From: Ruditapes philippinarum
Lineage: Eukaryota
Length of the DNA: 64,000 nucleotides
Direction of reading: 5' to 3'
NCBI RefSeq assembly: GCF_026571515.1
Contig: NW_026867313.1
Span: 248,001 to 312,000 of the forward strand
The first letter of the stretch is position 1; each line of letters starts with the position of its first letter. The position numbers were made by a program, and so were the translations under genes. Under the pieces are notes generated by a model. It was not told the DNA's origin. It saw only the letters and a list, made by a program, of their open reading frames with translations, and did no database searches. Positions 23,119 through 34,647 of the stretch are shown one piece after another.

Positions 23119-25337
23119 TTTTTTATGCCACCGCAGCATCTGCGATGCGGTGGCATATAGCAATTCACCTGTGTGTGTGTGTGTTTGTTTGTGTGTGTGT
23201 GTGTTATATAGATTATATAGTGAATTTAAAAAATCTTCTTGTGAAAAACCACAAGTCCAATTTAAACCAAACTTGGCAGGATTGATCCTTGGGTGAAGGG
23301 CTTCCAAAGTTGTTCAAAGAATTTCATTCCATGCAGAAATCTGGTTGCCATGGCAACCGAAAGGAATTATAAGAATAAATTTAAAAAATCTTCTTGTAAA
23401 GACCCAAAAGGCCTAGAGCTTAGATATTTTGCATAAGGCATTGTCTGGTAGACCTCTACCAAGATTGTTCAAATTATAGCCCTGGGGTCAAAATCGGCCC
23501 CGCCCAAGGGGTCATTGATTTTCACTATATGTACATATAGTAAAAACTAAAAATACCTTCTTGTAAAGACTCAAAAGGCCTAGAGCTTAGATATTTTGAT
23601 TAAGGCATTGTCTGGTAGACCTCTACCCAGATTGTTCAAATTATAGCTCTGGGGTCAAATTGGGCCCCGCCCCGGGGGTCATTGATTTTCACTGTATGTA
23701 CATATAGAAAAACTTAAAATACCTTCTTGTAAAGACCCAAAAGGGCTAGAGCTTATATATTTTGCATAAGGCATTGTCTGGTAGACCCTTACCAAGATTG
23801 TTGAAATTATAGCCCTGGGGTCAAAATCGGCCCCGCCCCAGGGGTCATTGATTTTCACTATATGTACATATAGTTAAAACTTAAAATACCTTCTTATAAG
23901 GACCCAAAAGGCCTAAAGCTTAGATATTTTGCATAAGGCATTGTCTGGTAGTCCTCTACCCAGATTGTTCAAATTATAGCCCTGGGGTCAAAATCGACCA
24001 CGCCCCGGGGGTCATTGGTTATCCTTATATGTATATAGTAAAAACTTACAGTAAAAACTTTTTAAAAAATCTTCTAGTAATTGACAAATGCTAGAGGTAA
24101 GATATTTTGCATGAAACATTGTGTAGTGAAGCTCTAGCAAGATTGTTCAAATTATTGGCCCCACCCCTAGGGGTCATTGATTTTCACTATGAACATAGAG
24201 TAAGAAATTAAAAAATCTTCTTATCTGAAGGTACAAGGCTTAAAGCTTTGATATTTGGTATATAATATCATATTTGGGTCCTCTACTAAAGTTGTTTTAA
24301 TTATGCCCCTAGTGTTGAAATTGCCCTGCCCCAGAGGCGCTAGATTTCCTTATATGTATAAAGTAAAAACTTGAAAAATCTTCTTCTCTGAATTGACAAA
24401 GGCTAGAGTTTAAATATATGGCATGAGACTTTGCGAAGTGAACCTCTACCAAGGTTGTTCAAATTTTAGCCCTGGGGTCAAAATTGGTTCTGCCCCGGGG
24501 GTCATTGATTTACATTATGTACATCTAGTAAAAAAATAAAAAAATATTTTTGTCTGAAGGTACAAGGCATAGAGCTTTCATGTTTGCTATATAATATCAT
24601 CTATAGGTCCTCTACCAAAGTTATTCAAATTTTTCCCCTGGTGTCAAAACTGGCCCTGCCCGGGGGGCATGATTCTCATAGTAAAAACAGAAAATAAAAC
24701 AAATGTTTTCTGAATGGGAGAAAGCTTCAGCTTAGATATTGGACTTAAAATGTTGTTTGGTGGACCTGTATTAAGATTGTTTTGAATTAAACCCTTGGGT
24801 CAAAATTTTGCCTTGACCAAGGGGACAGTGACCTACTTTCTTGTCCTTTGATGTACAGCAATGAAATTTTGACCATGTGCACAGTTTTAGTTGTAAAATT
24901 GTACTTTGATATCAGGTGACCTAGATTTTGATAATGTGACCTACTTTCTTGTGCTTTGATCTACAGCTATGAAATTTGAACCATGTGCACAGATTAAGAT
25001 GTAAAGTGGACTTTGATATCAGCTTACCTAGATTTTGACAAAGTGTCTTACTGTGTTGTCCTTTGATGAAGTCATGAAATTTAGGCTGTGTGAAATATGA
25101 CCTTCACCACCAAATTCACTAGAATCAAGTGCATTGATATATTCCTGCTCTGATCTTTTATTTGATTAACAATAGATTTAATCACTAATCTGATAATAAG
25201 AATTAGATAGGTCAGGGATCTATGCATTATGACAATCTTCAATTGTATAGAAACAAAAAAAAAAATATGTTCCTACACTACTATTTAGTGTTGTATTAAT
25301 GCGGTGGCATAGCATTTTTCTCAAATGCAATCTTGTT
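23119..25337 (+). mobile_element. Third HINE-type family with (GT)n microsatellite and ~8-9 diverged ~166 bp monomers
   Basis: TTTTTATGCCACCGC start with inverted GCGGTGGCAT copies near both ends, GCATTT/AAATGC hairpin, CTTGTT end. Monomers (CCTGGGGTCAAAAT...GGGTCATTGATTTT) are related to those of the 3235-7148 family. Confidence 0.82.
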
Positions 25338-25648
25338 TTAAAACCTTTTAATTTATAGCTAATCAACTTTTGTTAGATAATAGCTTGTGTAAGCAGAACT
25401 TTCATCAGTTAACAAACAACATTGTGTACATTTCCCTTATCTGGAAATATCATTAACGAAATGTTGAATTAAGGCCAAATTCTGTCTTCTTTAATCTATA
25501 TGTTTGAATGATATTAGACTGTTATTATCTTTGATTTATGTTTGATTTAACATTAACCAATTGATGTAAATCTAATCAGTGCTTAACTGGCTTAAGTCAA
25601 CATAATACAATATCCAAGATTTTATGTTATGGTACTTTTGTAATTTTG

Positions 25649-27272
25649 TTTTTAGCTCACCTGTCACAAAGTGACAGGGTGAGCTTTTGTGATCGCTTTT
25701 CGTCCGGCGTCCGTCCGTCCGTCCGTCGTCCGTCCGTCGTCCGTCCGTCGTCCGTCCGTAAACTTTTACTTTAAATGACATCTCCTCATAAACCACTAAG
25801 CCAATTTCATCCAAACTTCACAGGAATGTTCCTTTGGTGGTCACCTTTAAAAATTGTTCAAAGAATTTAATTCCATGCAGAACTCTGGTTGCCATGGCAA
25901 CCGAAAGAAAAAACTTTAAATATCTTCTTTTAAAAAACCATAAGAGCTAGAGCTTAGATATTTGGCATGAAACATCTTCTAGTGAGTGTCTACCAAGTTT
26001 GTTCAAATAAAAGCCCTGGGGTCAAAATTGGCCCCGCCCCGGGGGGTCATTGATTTTCCCTATATGCATATAGTAAAAACTTAAAAAATCTTCTTTTAAA
26101 GAACCCAAAGAGCTAGAGCTAAGATATTTAGCATGAAACATGTTCTAATAGGTGTCTACCAAGTTTGTTCAAATAAAAGCCCTGGGGTCAAAATTGGCCC
26201 CGTCCCGGGGGGTCATTGATTTTCCTATATGCATATAGTAAAAACTTAAAAAATCTTCTTTTAAAGAACTCAAAGAGCTAGAGCTTAGATATTTGGCATG
26301 AAACATCTTCTAGTGAGTGTCTACCAAGCTTGTTCAAATAAAAGCCCTGGGGTCAAAATTGGCCCGGCCCCAGGGGGTCATTGATTTCCCTATATGCATA
26401 TAGTAAAAACTTAAAAAATCTTCTTTTAAAGAACCCAAAGAGCTAGAGCTAAGATATTTAGCATGAAACATGTTCTAATGGGTGTCTATCAAGTTTGTTC
26501 AAATAAAAGCCCTGGGGTCATAATTGGCCCCGCCCCCGGGGGTCATTGATTTTCCCTATATGCATATAGTAAAAACCTAAAAAAATCTTCTTTTAAAGAA
26601 CTCAAAGAGCTATGGCTAAGATATTGAGCATCAAACATGTTCTAATAGGTGTCTACCAAGTTTGTTCAAATAAAAGCTCTGGGGTCAAAATTGGCACTGC
26701 CCCCGGGGTCATTGATTTTCCTTATATGTGTATAGCAAAAACTTAAAAATCTTCTTTGAAAAAACCCAAATAGCTAGAGTTAAGATATTAAGCATGAAAC
26801 ATCTTTTAGTGAGTGTCTACAAAGTTTGTTCAAATAAAAGACCTGGGGTCAAAATTGGCCCCGCCCCGGGGGTCATTGATTTTCTTTATATGTGTTTAGC
26901 AAAAACTTTAAATCTTTTCTTTGAAAAAACCCAAATAGCTAGAGTTTAGATATTAAGCATGAAACATCTTCTAGTAAGTGTCTACAAAGTTTGTTTCAAA
27001 TAAAAGCCCTGGGGTCAAAAACTGGCCCGGCCCCAGGGGTGTCATTGTTTTTAACTATATGTGTATAGTAAAAACTTTTAAAAAATCTTCTTTTAAAAAG
27101 CCCAATGAGCTAGAGCTTAGATGTTTAGCATGAAACATCTTCTTATGGGTGTCTACCAAGTTTGTGCAAATAAAAGCCCTTGGGTTAAATTGGCCCTGCA
27201 ACGTTGGGGGGTGGGGGTTTGGGGGGCCTATATACAGGTGAGCGACCTCAGGGCCATCATGGCCCTCTTGTT
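25649..27272 (+). mobile_element. Inverted second copy of the 3235-7148 HINE family with ~8 monomers
   Basis: Both ends are near-identical reverse complements of 3235-~3850 and ~6770-7148; carries the (GTCC)n microsatellite. Confidence 0.9.
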
Positions 27273-28777
27273 TATAGACTTGAGAGTAAGTAGTCATATC
27301 AAATTGATAATGATTCACCCAAATCTGATTTGCTTCCACTCTAATATTTTACCGCAGATTAGTGATCATTAACCCATCTGTAATAGTGATCATTAAAATG
27401 GGGTAAAATACTTATTAGGGGGTGAGTTGACTCGGAAGATGAGTGATTTGTCAGTGTTGGGAAATCATGTTATAATTCCCACAATAAGGACAGAAATAAG
27501 CCATAATTTTAGAGCCTGATTGCTCACAATATGAGCAAATTTTCTCAGACTCTACTACTCCATTAAAATCCCCAAAGAAATTCAAAAACATTTCAAAACT
27601 CAATGCTGGACATCACCCAAGAAACACAGAGTTAAAATGTCTGTTTGTTAAGTATGGTATGAAATATTTTTTTTTCCTTAGGGGTTGGATGGGTGTTATC
27701 ATGTGTACTATAAAAACATTAATTTTAGAAAATAATAATATACATTTTATGATTTATATTATCTATGCAACAGTAAAATCTTGTCAGGCCAGCTTATCTG
27801 AACATGTTCTATACTGCTGGCAGCTCAAATTTTGTAATTTGATATTTTTTCATACCTCTTACTCACAATGGACTGTTCCCAAATTCAAATCAGGACTATT
27901 CCATTATAGACACACAGCATGGAAAGAGTTTTAAAAGTATTTTCTGGAGGACTGTACATGTAGCATGACCAAATATTTTACAGAAATTGTTTTGTTTTTA
28001 GGGGAAAAATTTGGGCCCTAAGAAAATTAAGCACAAATGTTACGTTTTCGAGTTACTCTGGAATCATTTCAACAATTTGTATTTGGAAAATAATTTTTGT
28101 TTTGTTTTGTTTATCATTAAAGATTTTTTAAATGATAAACATGTAGTTTATTACCGTTCGATACACTTTATATCTTACTTTCAGTACCAGTATAGGATTT
28201 TTGTTGTAAAATCTAAGTCATTTATATCATATAGGATTTGGATAAATTTACTATTGATTGTGATATATATGTAAATATGGTATAATGAAATGAACATAGG
28301 ATAATAAAATTGGAATATTAAGTATTTATTGTTTTTGTTTCTTTATTCCTATACAATTGGCTGGTGTTTTTCAAGTTACACTTCAAGTTACATTCTTTAG
28401 GGAATGACAGTAGAAATTATGATAGATCTATTCGTTCTATAGAAGAAAAGGAATTGATATATAAACTAAAAATATACAACCAGAAGACTGTTTAATTTGA
28501 CATGTATTTATTAATTGATATATACAACTTCAAATGAAGACTTTGAAATGAGAGGAATAAATTAAAATTAAAGATAATTTACAATGTGTACAAAGTTTAT
28601 ATAGAGTCATTGTTCTCTAAGATATTGAAAGCAGACTATTTGCAAAACAGATTTTGAAGGCTTTCATTTGCAAAGCCTTCATTCATTTTCTTATACAGAA
28701 TTTAACGAAATACTTTAACAATATATTTACATTTAAATTCATAACAACATTATTCATAGTCACTATTTTTGTCAGTT

Positions 28778-29245
28778 TCATTGTAAACTCTGACCATATG
28801 CGGATGTTCCCATGCCAGATTGATATAAAAATGGATACTGGAATGAATGTCTGTTTGTCTGCGACATTTGCTGTGGAGAAGTTTTTAGACCGTATCCAGA
28901 AGCAGACGACACTGCTGTGGGTGCCATTGAAATGGCGGGAAAATGTTGACTTTGCAAACCGGCTCCTTGATTGGTGGCTTGAAGTCGAGACTGAGTCTGA
29001 TTGGTTGGGAATTGACATGGAAGCTGCTGGTTGTTGTTTGGACTCAGTGAATTTTGCATCCAAGGGTAGTTGAAGTATCCTGGCATTGCCTGAGATGGTG
29101 ATGACGTCATCATGTGACCGGTTGGCATGAATCCATAGGGCGTAACTGGTGACATCATTGGTGACATTGGTAGGAATGGCTGTGGGAAGTTGTTTGCGTC
29201 GTTGACACGCCTGCGCCATCTTGCTCTCTTGTTTTGGAACCAGAT
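28778..29245 (-). CDS. Homeobox gene terminal exon (helix 3 IWFQNKRARW plus Pro/Ser/Gln/Met-rich tail)
   Basis: TTTTAATAG acceptor; open to TGA at 28780-28778. Confidence 0.9.
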   Translation of the reverse strand: MWFQNKRARWRRRVNDANNFPQPFLPMSPMMSPVTPYGFMPTGHMMTSSPSQAMPGYFNYPWMQNSLSPNNNQQLPCQFPTNQTQSRLQATNQGAGLQSQHFPAISMAPTAVSSASGYGLKTSPQQMSQTNRHSFQYPFLYQSGMGTSAYGQSLQ

Positions 29246-32062
29246 CTATTAAAAAGTAAAGAAATCATGTTTAGGATTATATATATATAAACCAAGTATT
29301 TGGTACTGATTTGCATTGTCCCATTGAAAAAGTCGGCAAGTATCGATAACAAACTTTAAACAATGAAATGATAATTGAATATAAAGCAGATTAAGATAAG
29401 TTTGTTTATTATATGAGCTTATTGTTATCCTCATTAAAAAAAGTTTGCTTATTGTATTTGTCAACAAGAAAAAAGATCCAAATTAGCGGTATATAGATTG
29501 ACATTTTAAAGGGTTAAGATCGCCTTAAGTAGCAAAAGTCACGAAACTATGGAAATGAAAGACTTAAACTTTATTTTTACCTTAATTTTGTTCTCAGGAA
29601 TGCCCAAGTCTTTTCCAATAGTCTCCATGTGCTCTGAATCGGGGTATGGATTCTCGTGGAAAATTTTCAACAGCGTCTGCACCTGTTCATTTGTATAATT
29701 AGTGCGCGCCTTTTTCTTCGGCTGCTCTTCGTTGTTTTCCGGGCTGGTGATAGGGTCAGCCGTAGATCCAGGTGAGGAGTTTGTGGAGCCAGACGGTGAT
29801 GACCTTGACCCAACTGATTGCGGAGATGAGGATCCCTGCGTGGAGATAGACATATCTGTGGTGTTTGGTAGGTCATTGGTCCTGAACTGGTCCTGACTGT
29901 CGTTCTCAACATCGACGACATTGTCCTCTGAAAATAACAGAAAATGAATACATTTTTTAAATATCCTCAAATTGAAAAATAACCGTTTACATTTTGCGCA
30001 CAAAACGTCTAAATTACAATAATTGTGTAAAAATAATTAAATGGTGGTCCAAGTGAACGTTGTTTGAAATAATGTTTTAGAAACACTAGTAACGTAATTA
30101 TGGACAAATAATTTTGCCACATGTCCCTTTAAGATTTTCTCGCAAAAAGCTTTTTCAATACAATTAAAGACATTATTGCTCTGGTAGACTGCATAATGAT
30201 GACCCTTATCTGCAACAGTCAAATATTTCCCAGTTATCTCCCTTTTACAAATGGAAAATATGAAGCGCATATATAATGAAAAAAATAAATAAAAAATAAG
30301 TAAATAAAAAAATAAGTAAATAAAAAAATGAGTAAATAAAAAATAATAAAATAAAAACCTACCTTCATGTGTTTTTGAAGACTTGTTTTCATTTAGAATC
30401 TTGTGCCTAAATGATAAAAAGTGTGAAGTGCTGTAAGGCGAAAAATGTGACGCCCTGGTTGCCGTACTTGGAAGTTGGTTTCTCGTCTGCTGAACTGAAT
30501 TTCCGAGCATGCGCGTGATGTTATGTGTTACACTGCCAGATCCGGGTAACACCGGGGAGATGCTGAGTGGCTTCAGAGGCTGGTTCTCTTTTTCAGGCGT
30601 GTTTGAAGTCGGAAACATGGACATCGGTTGTACGACAGCAGACGACTTCCGGGAATAAATATCATCCAGGGACGAGAAACCAAATGATGATGGTACATGT
30701 TGTTGGCGATTTCCAACTGATTGTAGAATCTGAAATATAAACAGAAGGTTATCCACATATTTTCCACGCATTGAATACTTTGACATGTCTTGGAAGCTTT
30801 TTTTTTTAATTTACACCAACGTACTCCGGTGCTATGCAATATGGTACAGGTTTTTTGTTAACTTTTTGATAATGTTATAAGTACTGATTGAAGATATATC
30901 AGTAGTATATTACCAAAGCAGCCTTTCTGTCTGAATATTACCTTTTTTCTTACCGTAGTTTGTGCAGAAACATGTTTTTGTTTTCTATAGTTTTTTTTTC
31001 GCAAAAATCCTTTTATATTATTTAGCACCCCCTCTATTTTTTCGTCATTTTTCCAAACGACTCATCAAAATTTTACAATTGACTCAACAAAACTTTATCT
31101 TGTTTAAAATATAATATCATTTTTCTTAAAGTGATTCACGTTTATGCTCTTTAAAATTATTTAAAAATGTGTACTAACACAACAACATATGTATATTATA
31201 TTGTAATGTATGCTATGTAAAAGTATTAATTGAAAATGTAAAATGAATGTATTATGTAAAAAAGACACTATAAAAACACGTGCTTAAAAAACAGCAACAA
31301 AAAACGTCATTTATAACACTTTTCAGGCGATAATCTACGGACTAATATGCAAATTATTAATACGATTTCAGTTATAAAATTAATATAATTCCTTAATTTA
31401 GTCGATTCTTTCATAAATTACTCGGGATGAAAAGATGCTTGTATATAAAAGTGTTTTAAATATTCTTTTTCAGTTTTTCATCGAGTGGTATGAACATGAA
31501 TACATTTTACATTTCACAATTAAAGTGGCGTTTGTCATAAGTCAGATATGATATCTTCTTCATGTCTCACTTGTTAAAAAATCTGTTTATTATGTACTTT
31601 TTCACTTTTTTGACTTAATCTTAAGATTTATCCGTTAATTTTGTGTAATGCCTAAATTTTGGGCAAGATATCAGTGGAAATTTAAGAAGATATGTTTCAC
31701 TGCAGCAGACATAGATAACAGATTTTATCTACATCTCTGACTACAGTGATAAATATTTAATTTTTGCAATGTAACTACGGAAAATGAAAATACGCAATTT
31801 TATTTACGCATTTAATATTTTTCAATATTTCATTTATAACAATTATAAATTTGAATATTCACGGTATTTTACTGTTTTTTATCCTTCAAGTAATATGATT
31901 AAACTGTAGGCGTGTAGAATTTTAAAATTTGTGCTCTCTAAGTTACAAAAATAAAGTTGTTACTTAATCTTACAAGTAATGAAAAATAGAAAAAAGCTCT
32001 AAGTTAAAAGGAAGCTAAATAATTAGATCATTAATTAAAAAAGTACTTACATTTTCATGCAT
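28778..32062 (-). CDS. Divergent Q50 PRD-class homeobox protein (4 exons, ~397 aa)
   Basis: Exons 32062-32051 (MHEN, tentative), 30729-30363, 29927-29581, 29245-28778 splice in frame. Homeodomain KKKARTNYTNEQVQTLLKIFHENPYPDSEHMETIGKDLGIPENKIK|IWFQNKRARWRRRV, with YPD and the intron between codons 46/47 typical of the PRD class. Confidence 0.88.
29581..29927 (-). CDS. Homeobox gene exon 3 (Ser-rich linker plus homeodomain 1-46)
   Basis: TTTTCAG acceptor, AAG|GTAAAA donor, phase 1-0. Confidence 0.9.
30363..30729 (-). CDS. Homeobox gene exon 2
   Basis: TTTCAG acceptor, G|GTAGGT donor, 367 nt open, GC-richer than flanks. Confidence 0.8.
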
Positions 32063-32134
32063 GATTCCAAGCCGTTTGTCCTTCTTAGCTTACTTTGTTA
32101 ATCGTTTTGTATTGTTTGTGCACAGTTGTAGAGC

Positions 32135-32200
32135 AATTTGATACAGCTTGGAGTAAAATTGTCCTTTTATACAGAAAATATAACTCCGAAATTGACACGA
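32135..32200 (-). promoter_or_regulatory. Core promoter of the homeobox gene (TATA plus Inr-like)
   Basis: TATAAAAG at 32171-32164, TCAAATT at 32141-32135 (~32 nt downstream), then ATG at 32062 and a GTAAGT donor at 32050. Confidence 0.65.
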
Positions 32201-33003
32201 CTCAAACTTGGAACTTGTTTGATTCATCCGTGCCAGCAATAGTCGGCAAACAATTTTGCAAACATACATGTTTAACTGATGAATTTAGCTCACACGATTC
32301 GACAATCAAAAGATTAAGTGGTCATCGATAAAAGATCAATTATTCACACATTGATCCGCAATCGTTCACTTGATAGTATTTGATCTGTTTCTATAGAAAA
32401 CTAATTACCCGTGGCAAACAATTCTAAGTACGTAATGACAGACACGAATTCTCGCGTTGACCGTGAAACAATCTAAATCACGTGACTAATTAAGTAACAA
32501 TGGCTGACACTTTGACGATGTTTGGATGAAATTAATCAAATTTGATGCACAGATCATCAAAAATGAATTGATAAATGATTGAGATTGGCGTATAAGTGCA
32601 ATTTTGACACGACTAAGTAATATTTCTTGTATCTCAAACATTAAATGATTTGAAATTATTAAGATCAATAATCAAATTGGTAACTGTTTTTCATTTTTAT
32701 TTGACACGATCGTTGCTTTCTTTCTGTACTATGTCTGAAAAAAGCAAAAATATCCAGTTTCCTACTGCGAGCAAAGTTAAATATATAAATATTTTTTTTA
32801 GAAAACGATATTTCTTTCGATAATAAAAGTAAATAAAAAATTAATTTATATTTATATTTATTTTTGACATATGATTTGCCAAACTATGTGTATATTCATA
32901 AATATTTCCTTATATCTATTAGGCTTTAATTGAATTAGTTCTACTCAAAGAATGGCTATGTACAATGTAATGTTTACCTTTTATGTTGTAATGTATGTAA
33001 TTG

Positions 33004-33159
33004 NNNNNNNNNNNNNNNNNNNNNNNNNNNNNNNNNNNNNNNNNNNNNNNNNNNNNNNNNNNNNNNNNNNNNNNNNNNNNNNNNNNNNNNNNNNNNNNNN
33101 NNNNNNNNNNNNNNNNNNNNNNNNNNNNNNNNNNNNNNNNNNNNNNNNNNNNNNNNNNN
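33004..33159. other. Assembly gap (N run), followed by the microsatellite end of a probable HINE-type element
   Basis: N bases; (GGAC/GAAC)n at 33160-33215. Confidence 0.95.
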
Positions 33160-33481
33160 GGACAAACGAACGAACGGACGGAGGGACGGACGCGGACGTA
33201 CAAACGAACGAACAAATATAGATGAACTATCTTTGCTTTTGCCCTGTTGACAATTGGTATAATTATATTAAATAAGCGTTTTGTATGGAAGTCAAAATAC
33301 TACTTTGCTTACATTTTGCTACCTTTCCAACACACTTCCGCAAATTCAGCGCTATATACTTTCTTTAGTTATTAAACATTTAACATGCTCTAAATCAACA
33401 ATTAAAACATAAATTAACACATGTTTGACATTTCTCAAAAATTTGATAAATAAATAGTTCTGAGACATAATGTGCCTTTAA

Positions 33482-34135
33482 AGCTGCGGTCTCACTTACT
33501 CCCGGCAGAGCCCAGGACCGTTCTGGTAAGTTACCGGGATGATCCGGGACGATCCGGGATGAAATTATTGTTGCAGTCACACTAACCCCGGCAGCACTAC
33601 GGTAATTCCCAACTAACCACCAGGATGCGCTCCGGATCATCAGTGAAGCTACGGTTCATGCCGGTGCTTACCCGGTCGTTCCCGGATGACGCCGGAAGAG
33701 CCCCGGTCGATCCAGGCAGAGCCCCGGCAGAGCCCAGGACGATCCAGGCAGAGCCCCGGTAGAACCCCGGTGGATTGAAAACGCGCGAAAATGATTACAT
33801 TGATACATATTTTTTATTTAATATAATATCTATTGTTCCAGAATAGTAATTCATAATGATTTTCTGAAAAAATCCTTATACAAGACTGGATAGAAGGGAA
33901 ATGGGAAGGGTTTTAATATAAACAAGAGCAATCATCGCAAATTGTTGTGATTCTTTTTAAATGAACCTGGCTCTGCCGGGTCCCGGAGTCGAATGCCGGA
34001 TGTTCCCGGATCATCCCGGACGTTGCCGGCAGAGTTACGGATGTACCCCGGTTGTTCCCGGTCGTACCCCGGTCGTTCCCAGATCACCCCGGACGTCTGC
34101 CGGGGCTCTGCCGGGATGTCAGTAAGACTGTAGCT
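33482..34135. mobile_element. PIF/Harbinger-type (Tourist-like) MITE with GC-rich CCCGG subterminal repeats
   Basis: ~30 bp imperfect TIRs AGCTGCGGTCTCACTTACTCCCGGCAGAGCCC and GGGCTCTGCCGGGATGTCAGTAAGACTGTAGCT; TAA on both flanks. Confidence 0.82.
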
Positions 34136-34647
34136 TAAGATGCATAACATTCCGCGTCATATTGAATTACAAACATATAAAGGGCAAGTACATGGTTAAA
34201 AGAATTATATTTGTCTTCGTGAAAATATCTCGTAATCCTGTTTTAACATTACTAAAATTATATATTGGTCAAAGCCCTTTTCACAATAAGAAAAGGCAAA
34301 TATATTTCCTATCTTTGATTTGAAAAAAGAATGGTGGGAAATGAAAGCTTTTTTCGTGTAGCTGTATATGTTTTATTTTATTATTATTGAGATTTCGACA
34401 TATTATCTTATTCTAGCAGCGACTTAACATGTATCAGACCAGAGTTGTTTTTTATAGGTAGAACGGATATTCGTGCAAAGTGCATTGCCATCATTTTTGA
34501 ATGAATGACACTGCAAGTTTTGGAATATAAGATTGTTTTATATGAATATTCTTTTACATGATGCTTCAAACGACAGATGCCTCCTTGTAGCATACTTATT
34601 ATAACCATTCAATTTGAATTTCGTCACGTGAGAAAGCTATCCTGCTA

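Noticed and set aside
29200-29720. TALE/SPILE or ANTP-class homeobox
   Set aside because: No three-residue insertion between helices 1 and 2; YPD and the 46/47 intron indicate PRD class.
30573-30839. Alternative-frame ORF with an RPW motif
   Set aside because: It stops inside the exon and cannot splice in frame to the homeodomain exon; the other frame is open throughout.
32919-33225. ORFs spanning N runs (also 55982-56371)
   Set aside because: Artefacts of assembly gaps.
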